Positions 58,961 to 64,000 of a stretch of DNA of 64,000 nucleotides are shown here, in pieces. The DNA is from Minisyncoccota bacterium (lineage in GTDB: Bacteria; Patescibacteriota; Minisyncoccia; Phycocordibacterales; JABMNX01). The DNA lies in the NCBI GenBank assembly GCA_026195275.1, contig JAPHQU010000003.1:7852-71851 (forward strand). Reading direction: 5' to 3'. The position numbers were made by a program, and so were the translations under genes. Under the pieces are notes generated by a model. The model saw only the letters and a list, made by a program, of their open reading frames with translations. It was not told where the DNA came from and did not search any database. Every line of letters begins with the position of its first letter. The first letter of the stretch is position 1.

Positions 58961-59033
58961 GGGCCTGTAGCTCAGTTGGCTAGAGCACTTGTTTTGCACT
59001 CAAGAGGTCGCAGGTTCGATTCCTGTCAGGTCC
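58961..59033 (+). tRNA. tRNA-Ala (anticodon TGC)
   Basis: G3:U70 identity pair, anticodon loop TTTGCAC, T-loop GGTTCGATTCC. Confidence 0.8.
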
Positions 59034-59042
59034 ACAAAATAC

Positions 59043-59072
59043 AAAACACCTCACAATCTCGTGAGGTGTTTT
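59043..59072 (+). terminator. terminator after tRNA-Ala
   Basis: Hairpin aaaacacctcacaatctcgtgaggtgtttt. Confidence 0.55.
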
Positions 59073-59213
59073 GTATTTTGTGGACTAATAGACAGGGATC
59101 AAACGACGGAACTCCGCATGAAGCGGGGTTTTTTGTTTTGGTTGTGTCCATATCTGAATCAAAATGCTATTGATTCCTCATTACCGCAACTTTTTTGTAT
59201 ACTACCTATACAT

Positions 59214-59627
59214 ATGAAGAAAAGAAACATACTCGTACTCGCCATACTGGTCTTGCTGATAATCGTAATCCACGATGATCAAAGTTTTGAACCTCAGGAT
59301 ATTGGAGAGTTGCGCAAAGAGGTCTACTCAAGTATTGAGGTGCCACCTCCATACGTGTTCACGACCGACGGGTGCAGCCTCTGGCCAAATAGCATCTGGG
59401 GTGAAGATCTGACAGATATCTGTATCGAGCATGATATTGAATACTGGAGAGGAGGAAGTGCCGAAGAAAGGAAACAAGCAGACGATTTATTGCGAGAGAG
59501 GGTAAACAAACGTGCACCTTTTGTGGGGGATATCATGTATCTTGGAGTCCGGGCGTTCGGTGGGTTGTTTATGCCCACATCATGGAGGTGGGGATACGGT
59601 TTTAACTACCCGGGATTCTCATACTGA
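59214..59627 (+). CDS. hypothetical secreted/anchored protein (C..HD..EYW region)
   Basis: 137 aa with an N-terminal hydrophobic segment. No family recognised. Confidence 0.35.
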   Translation: MKKRNILVLAILVLLIIVIHDDQSFEPQDIGELRKEVYSSIEVPPPYVFTTDGCSLWPNSIWGEDLTDICIEHDIEYWRGGSAEERKQADDLLRERVNKRAPFVGDIMYLGVRAFGGLFMPTSWRWGYGFNYPGFSY

Positions 59628-59676
59628 TCCTTTGAAGATAACCACAGGCAATGTTTAGTAGAAATATGTAGAAAAT

Positions 59677-59705
59677 AAACACCAACCCGGGTTGGTGTTT
59701 ATTTT
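59677..59705 (+). terminator. terminator hairpin (same stem motif as at 18031)
   Basis: aaacaccaacccgggttggtgttt followed by a T tract. Confidence 0.5.
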
Positions 59706-59897
59706 GGCTTATAATAAACCTATTTCCGGGCAATTAGCCGGCATTTTAAGGATAATATTACACCATATATATGGATACATGTAAATATTTACAAAAACAT
59801 CTTTTTAGAGTTAAATACTACGAGCCGCACCACTTTGGTGTGGTTTTGTCTCAAGTGAGGCAGAACGTTCTTTTCACAAACGAAAGAGGAATTTCAC

Positions 59898-60314
59898 ATG
59901 CAGATCAAGAAAACCTTCTTGGCCGCCGTTGCGGTCTTTGCTCTGGTCGCCCTCAGCATCTCGGCTCCGTCCTTCGCGGGCGGCGGCAATCACAACGATT
60001 ACAGCGGCGGGTTCGCCAATGGCGCCTCCGCTATCAGCGGTGTCGCGGGTGGTTCCTTCGCTGTTGCCGGCCCTGGCAATGCCAGTGGATACGCCGGTAC
60101 GGCGGCGAGCGTTTCGACCCGTGCCAGCGTGGACGGTTGCGGCTGTGACATGTCTGCCTCGGGTGCTTCGTCTGGCATGAGCGACTCGTATGCGCGTACC
60201 TCCGGCAACGCCGAAGCCGGCGCCGGTTCCGATTTCTGGGGCGAATCGTTCGCTTCCGATTTCGACTACGGCGACTGGTCCGGTCACAGCCACGGTCACG
60301 GTCACGGTCACTAG
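59898..60314 (+). CDS. secreted Gly/Ala/Ser-rich protein with C-terminal HGHGHGH tail (high-GC island gene 1)
   Basis: Signal peptide (SFA-GGG), low-complexity G/A/S-rich body with a CGCD motif, terminal SHGHGHGH. About 63% GC versus about 47% in the flanks. Confidence 0.55.
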   Translation: MQIKKTFLAAVAVFALVALSISAPSFAGGGNHNDYSGGFANGASAISGVAGGSFAVAGPGNASGYAGTAASVSTRASVDGCGCDMSASGASSGMSDSYARTSGNAEAGAGSDFWGESFASDFDYGDWSGHSHGHGHGH

Positions 60315-60387
60315 ACCTGGTCGATGACCAAAGGGGTGAGAGATTCCTCTCACCCCTCCTCTACACCCTCGAAAGGAGAAGTGAGCC

Positions 60388-60948
60388 ATGAAAAAATATC
60401 TTCTCATGCTCGCGTCACTCGCTATGGCGGCGTTCGTCTCGGTGGGACCGGCTTTTGCTGGCGACACTTCGGCTGAAGCCGCGGCGCAAGCCGTTAGCGG
60501 CTCGGGCGCTGTCAGTCAGCAGGGGCAATCGATCTACCAGAACTTCGAGGGTTCAACCTCGAACACCAAGGTGGTCAATGCTCCTGACGCGGTTGCGCCG
60601 GGTCTTACGACCTCGTACGCAAACACCTGTCACGGCTCGACCAGTGGCGGCGCATCCTTCGGGAATGGTGCCGTTGCAATCGGTGCGTCCTTCGGGACGA
60701 CCTGGAAAGACGAGGGGTGCGAAGCGCGCCTCGACTCTCGAGAACTCCGTTCTCTCGGACAGAAGGAAGCCGCTCTCGAGCGACTCTGCCAGATTCCCGA
60801 GAATGCGGCCGCTCTCAGAGCCGCCGGACGTCCGTGTCTCGCTGATCAGCAGAAGACACAGGCCGAAGCTGCCGAAGCCCAGGCGTATCTTGAGCAAGGC
60901 AACGTTCCTCAAGTGGTTGCGAAACTCGAGCCCAACAGTAATACGTGA
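60388..60948 (+). CDS. secreted hypothetical protein (high-GC island gene 2)
   Basis: Signal peptide (AFA-GD), four Cys, high GC. RBS aaggagaag upstream. Confidence 0.5.
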   Translation: MKKYLLMLASLAMAAFVSVGPAFAGDTSAEAAAQAVSGSGAVSQQGQSIYQNFEGSTSNTKVVNAPDAVAPGLTTSYANTCHGSTSGGASFGNGAVAIGASFGTTWKDEGCEARLDSRELRSLGQKEAALERLCQIPENAAALRAAGRPCLADQQKTQAEAAEAQAYLEQGNVPQVVAKLEPNSNT

Positions 60949-61026
60949 ATCCGGGCAAGGAATCCAACCCAAAGCAACGCCACTCCAGGAGTTCTCTCCT
61001 CGAGTGGCGTTTTTCTTTAGAGGCTA

Positions 61027-61055
61027 TTGACAGTAAATGAATAATACTGTAGAAT
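61027..61055 (+). promoter_or_regulatory. near-consensus sigma70 promoter TTGACA-N17-TAGAAT
   Basis: ttgaca gtaaatgaataatactg tagaat, followed by RBS aaaggagaa and the ATG at 61094. Confidence 0.55.
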
Positions 61056-61093
61056 CTGCTTAGATTAGAGTATTCAGGAAAGGAGAACACTCG

Positions 61094-61606
61094 ATGAATA
61101 TCAAGATGCTCGTTGGGGCGTTCGGCCTCATTGTCTCGCTCTCGGCGTGTGCCGCGACCGGCAGCCAAACTGGCTTTGCCGAGCCACCGCCCGAGGCGAT
61201 GCAGCCAAAGATCGACCTGAAACCACTTTCGAAGAAGGTCGGCGAAAAGCTTGTTGGTACCACATGGACCGGCAATCTCTCTCTCATGAACTGTGAGGAT
61301 GCGGAAGTGAGATACGAGGTGGTGAAGTACCTCGAGAACGCGAACCGCCTCCTCGTCAAAGTGGAGAGCAAAGAATGCTCGGCGATGGATGGCAACTACG
61401 TCGGTCTGATTCTTCCGAATGGCCGTGTGGTTGTCGCGGATCGCTACGAAGTCCGACAGATTGATGCCGACCTCGGCGCCAACCAGGAGACCGGCGAAAT
61501 CAAAGACGAGGGTCTTTTCACCTTCGTCATCAACGACCGCCGCGACAACACTTTTCGTGAAATCATCCGGAGGGTGACCAAGCTTTTGCGGACCGACACT
61601 CGGTAA
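61094..61606 (+). CDS. putative lipoprotein (high-GC island gene 3)
   Basis: Lipobox-like LSLSAC at the end of the signal peptide. High GC. Confidence 0.5.
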   Translation: MNIKMLVGAFGLIVSLSACAATGSQTGFAEPPPEAMQPKIDLKPLSKKVGEKLVGTTWTGNLSLMNCEDAEVRYEVVKYLENANRLLVKVESKECSAMDGNYVGLILPNGRVVVADRYEVRQIDADLGANQETGEIKDEGLFTFVINDRRDNTFREIIRRVTKLLRTDTR

Positions 61607-61637
61607 GAGAAAATTCCTGTTCTTTCGAGTAAATAAC

Positions 61638-61705
61638 AACCCCAGTGCTTATGCACTGGGGTTTTCTTTTTAACGCCTCACTTCGAATGAGGCGTTAATT
61701 TTTAT
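61638..61705 (+). terminator. tandem rho-independent terminators closing the island
   Basis: Hairpins aaccccagtgcttatgcactggggtt and taacgcctcacttcgaatgaggcgtta, each followed by T tracts. Confidence 0.6.
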
Positions 61706-61728
61706 TTAAAACATGGTATTCTTGCGGC

Positions 61729-62013
61729 ATGTTTAAACGAGTTGAAGAAGATTTCATATGCGAGCGTTGCGGGTACGAGGTGCCCGGAAGTGGCTATACC
61801 AACCACTGTCCGGAGTGTCTCTGGAGCAAACATGTCGACAATGAGCCGGGAGACCGCGCAAATGAGTGTGGCGGCATGATGCGCCCTGTCGCACTTGAGC
61901 CGCATCACAGCGAGTACCGCATACTCCACCGATGTACGCTCTGTGGGCATGAAAAGTACAATAAATTGCAAGAAGGGGATATATTTGACCCCGAACTTGT
62001 TTTAAACAGTTAG
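61729..62013 (+). CDS. RNHCP-domain zinc-ribbon protein
   Basis: CERCGYEV...YTNHCPECLWSKH...CTLCGHE contains the eponymous N-H-C-P motif and paired CxxC. Confidence 0.5.
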   Translation: MFKRVEEDFICERCGYEVPGSGYTNHCPECLWSKHVDNEPGDRANECGGMMRPVALEPHHSEYRILHRCTLCGHEKYNKLQEGDIFDPELVLNS

Positions 62014-62052
62014 TGCTAGTTATATTATGCACATATGGGATACTAAAGGTAT

Positions 62053-62472
62053 ATGCAAGACCCAATAGAATATTCAATACAGTCAGGAGAAGAACAGGTC
62101 CCACACTATCATGGTGATGTGGTACGGATTCTCTTCCTTGTTGGTGGCGTCATCATTCTTGCAACGTTGCCGTTTTATAAGAATCTCCTTCCGGTTGGAA
62201 CCAGCTTCCTGACGGTGTTTGTGGTCCTCCTCGCGCTTGGCGGGGCCATCGTTAATCCCTTTCAACGATGGACCGTCTTTGTTGATCTTGTTATCTCGGC
62301 GGTAGCGGTAGTGCTCTTTGAGTACGCCGCGGTTATCAGGTATGGATACGACGAAGGGCTCCTCTCGCTCATTCGACAACTCTTAGCTATCGTCTTCCTC
62401 TTTGCGCTCTATTATAGTGGCCGAACACTCCGCGCTATGGTCATGCACCAGATCAAACAGAGTGGCGATTAG
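62053..62472 (+). CDS. hypothetical membrane protein (4 TM)
   Basis: Hydrophobic helices. No family recognised. Confidence 0.35.
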   Translation: MQDPIEYSIQSGEEQVPHYHGDVVRILFLVGGVIILATLPFYKNLLPVGTSFLTVFVVLLALGGAIVNPFQRWTVFVDLVISAVAVVLFEYAAVIRYGYDEGLLSLIRQLLAIVFLFALYYSGRTLRAMVMHQIKQSGD

Positions 62473-62523
62473 TTACACTCACCACCTGCGGCGTTTCGGA
62501 TAATTTGATATACTACCTCTCAT

Positions 62524-62751
62524 ATGTTTAAGAATATGATCATGAAGCGACTATTGAAGTCGAAGATGAAAGATGTCCCTGAAGAACAGCAGGAACAGAT
62601 ATTTGCAGCTATTGAAAAGAACCCCGAGTTCTTCCAGAAAGTCGGAGTTGAGGTCCAAGCAAAGATGAAAGAAGGGAAGGATCAGATGACCGCCACTATG
62701 GAGGTTATGCAAGCGCATCAGAGTGAACTTCAAGAGATAATGAAGAAATAA
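62524..62751 (+). CDS. hypothetical small helical protein
   Basis: 75-aa Lys/Glu-rich ORF. Confidence 0.25.
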   Translation: MFKNMIMKRLLKSKMKDVPEEQQEQIFAAIEKNPEFFQKVGVEVQAKMKEGKDQMTATMEVMQAHQSELQEIMKK

Positions 62752-62759
62752 GTTAAAGC

Positions 62760-63257
62760 ATGGATATCTATAACATCTTAGTCTTTCTTCATATCGCAGG
62801 GGTCATCCTTGGTGTTGGCGGAGCGACCCTTGCCGAGGTTTTCTACCTTATGGCCCTCAAAGACGGCGATGTTGATGCAAGCGAACGGCGCATGATGCAC
62901 GCCAACTATCGCACATTGCGAGTTGGTTTGGTGTTGATCATATTCTCGGGGATCGCCATGGTATGGTGGCTGGTCTCTGTGGAAGGTCACACGTGGCCAC
63001 TTCACAGTGCAAAATTATGGGCAAAGGAGGTGATGACCGCAGTAATCATTATAAACGCGGTTCTTATTTCAAAACGATGGGTTCCAATGTGGTTAGGGGC
63101 GTCGCTCTCGTTCACGTCGTGGTGGGCAGCGACGCTTCTGGGGACTTGGCGGGACCTCTCATATTCCTTTGGGGAGGTCATGATAGGATACGGTATTGCC
63201 GTATTTGTTGTGGCGGCGATTCTCGAAAGTATTAAAAAGTGGTATCTAAAAAAATAG
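62760..63257 (+). CDS. hypothetical membrane protein
   Basis: 4-5 TM helices. No family recognised. Confidence 0.35.
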   Translation: MDIYNILVFLHIAGVILGVGGATLAEVFYLMALKDGDVDASERRMMHANYRTLRVGLVLIIFSGIAMVWWLVSVEGHTWPLHSAKLWAKEVMTAVIIINAVLISKRWVPMWLGASLSFTSWWAATLLGTWRDLSYSFGEVMIGYGIAVFVVAAILESIKKWYLKK

Positions 63258-63262
63258 TCGAT

Positions 63263-63859
63263 ATGGAAAAGAAAAAAATATTTATACTTGTTGGAAACTC
63301 GGACTTGGATTCTATTTCAGGTATGCTTGCAAGCGCCTACGAAGACGGTGCGCGCGAAGCGGGGCATGAGGTTCGACGTACAAACATCGGCGAGATGTCA
63401 TTCGACCCGATACTTCACAAAGGGTATAAAGAGATTCAGGAGCTTGAGCCAGATCTTATTAAAGTGCAGGAGGATTTTACGTGGGCGGATCATATTGTGA
63501 TCCTCTATCCGAACTGGTGGTGTACCATGCCCGCGATCCTCAAAGGTATGTTTGACCGGATGTGGCTTCCCGGGTTTGCTTTCAATTTTAAGAAAGACGC
63601 AGAAGGGAAGCGCACAAACACGGTGGTTCGGATGCTTAAAGGCAAGAGTGCTCGCGTGATCATCACGAGCGGTACGCGACCACTCTTCTTGCGAGTACAA
63701 TTCGGCGACTACACCAATGAGATTGCACGCGGCATTCTAGGATTTGCGGGAGTCGCACCAGTCCGTATCTCAACCATTGGTCCATGCGAACATGCATCTG
63801 ATGAGAGGATGGATGTATGGAAAGAAGAAGTCCGCCGACTTGGTGAGAGGGTACGCTAA
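63263..63859 (+). CDS. NAD(P)H-dependent oxidoreductase, flavodoxin-like fold (NQO/MdaB-like)
   Basis: KIFILVGNS...DHIVILYPNWW pattern of the Flavodoxin_2 family. Confidence 0.6.
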   Translation: MEKKKIFILVGNSDLDSISGMLASAYEDGAREAGHEVRRTNIGEMSFDPILHKGYKEIQELEPDLIKVQEDFTWADHIVILYPNWWCTMPAILKGMFDRMWLPGFAFNFKKDAEGKRTNTVVRMLKGKSARVIITSGTRPLFLRVQFGDYTNEIARGILGFAGVAPVRISTIGPCEHASDERMDVWKEEVRRLGERVR

Positions 63860-63943
63860 GCTACTCTCACCCCACCCCAGGCGGGGTTTCTCATAAGCGC
63901 GTTTGGGTGGTATAGTTGCTCCCATAATTTTCGATTCAAATAT

Positions 63944-64000
63944 ATGTCACTCTCTATTGGTATCGTTGGCTTGCCAAATGTGGGCAAGTCAACATTGTTT
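63944..64000 (+). CDS. ychF: ribosome-binding ATPase YchF (5' end only; continues past the window)
   Basis: MSLSIGIVGLPNVGKSTLF is the YchF/Obg-family G1 motif at the N-terminus. Confidence 0.6.
   Translation, partial: MSLSIGIVGLPNVGKSTLF

Noticed and set aside
58989-59213. 5' part of ORF 58989-59627 (MFCTQEVAGSIPVRSTKY…)
   Set aside because: This part is translated through tRNA-Ala and its terminator. The real CDS most likely starts at the ATG at 59214, which follows the terminator.
59755-59780. ccatatatatgg palindrome upstream of the high-GC island, as a fourth TrpR-like operator
   Set aside because: It shares only the central AT-rich part (ACCATATATATGG versus ACCATATATGG) and lacks the CTA…TAG arms. 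A short AT palindrome of this kind is expected by chance in AT-rich intergenic DNA.

Overview
This 64-kb window reads as a gene-dense, mostly housekeeping stretch of a small bacterial genome at roughly 45-50% GC. I infer a Candidate Phyla Radiation / Patescibacteria-like lineage from three things: domain-minimised core proteins (503-aa IF-2, 350-aa DnaX, 506-aa Rel, 419-aa UvrC, 374-aa S1), many proteins anchored by an N-terminal TM helix, and tight operon packing. This is inference from the sequence, not a database result.

Core genes I recognise include pth, rpsA, gyrA, infB-rbfA, a cysteine desulfurase, clpB, rpmG, miaA, a Prx5-type peroxiredoxin, parB, rel, topA, dprA, serS, ftsQ-like, dus, dnaX, tgt, uvrB, uvrA, uvrC, ddl and the 5' end of ychF. 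There are nine tRNA genes: Leu-TAG, Lys-CTT, Leu-TAA, Cys-GCA, Tyr-GTA, Trp-CCA, Leu-CAA, Gln-TTG and Ala-TGC.

Several accessory or unusual items stand out and are my main candidates for the undescribed system, in rough order of interest:
- A dockerin-bearing secreted protein sits directly upstream of a cohesin-like, membrane-anchored protein. They are followed by a type IV prepilin, a DsbA-like thioredoxin plus DsbB pair, and a sugar-utilisation cluster (GH1 beta-glucosidase, DMT transporter, clan GH-A glycosidase, SIS protein, ROK kinase). Together this looks like a cellulosome-like surface module.
- A TrpR/YerC-like regulator sits between uvrB and uvrA. It is flanked by three perfect palindromes that share a 16-bp core, CTACCATATATGGTAG. 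I read this as a candidate LexA-independent regulator of the nucleotide-excision-repair cluster.
- A ~1.7-kb high-GC island (59898-61606) encodes three secreted proteins. One ends in HGHGHGH, and one has its own near-consensus sigma70 promoter.
- Four tandem paralogous two-TM pilin-like genes (VirB2/TrbC-like architecture) lie at 8073-9386. A fifth paralog at 18246 carries a Cys-rich C-terminal domain.
- Four of the tRNA genes are accompanied by partial duplicate copies of themselves. A 257-bp gap inside the tRNA operon has long-range complementary ends and may hold a structured RNA.

No CRISPR array, rRNA, transposase or integrase was seen.
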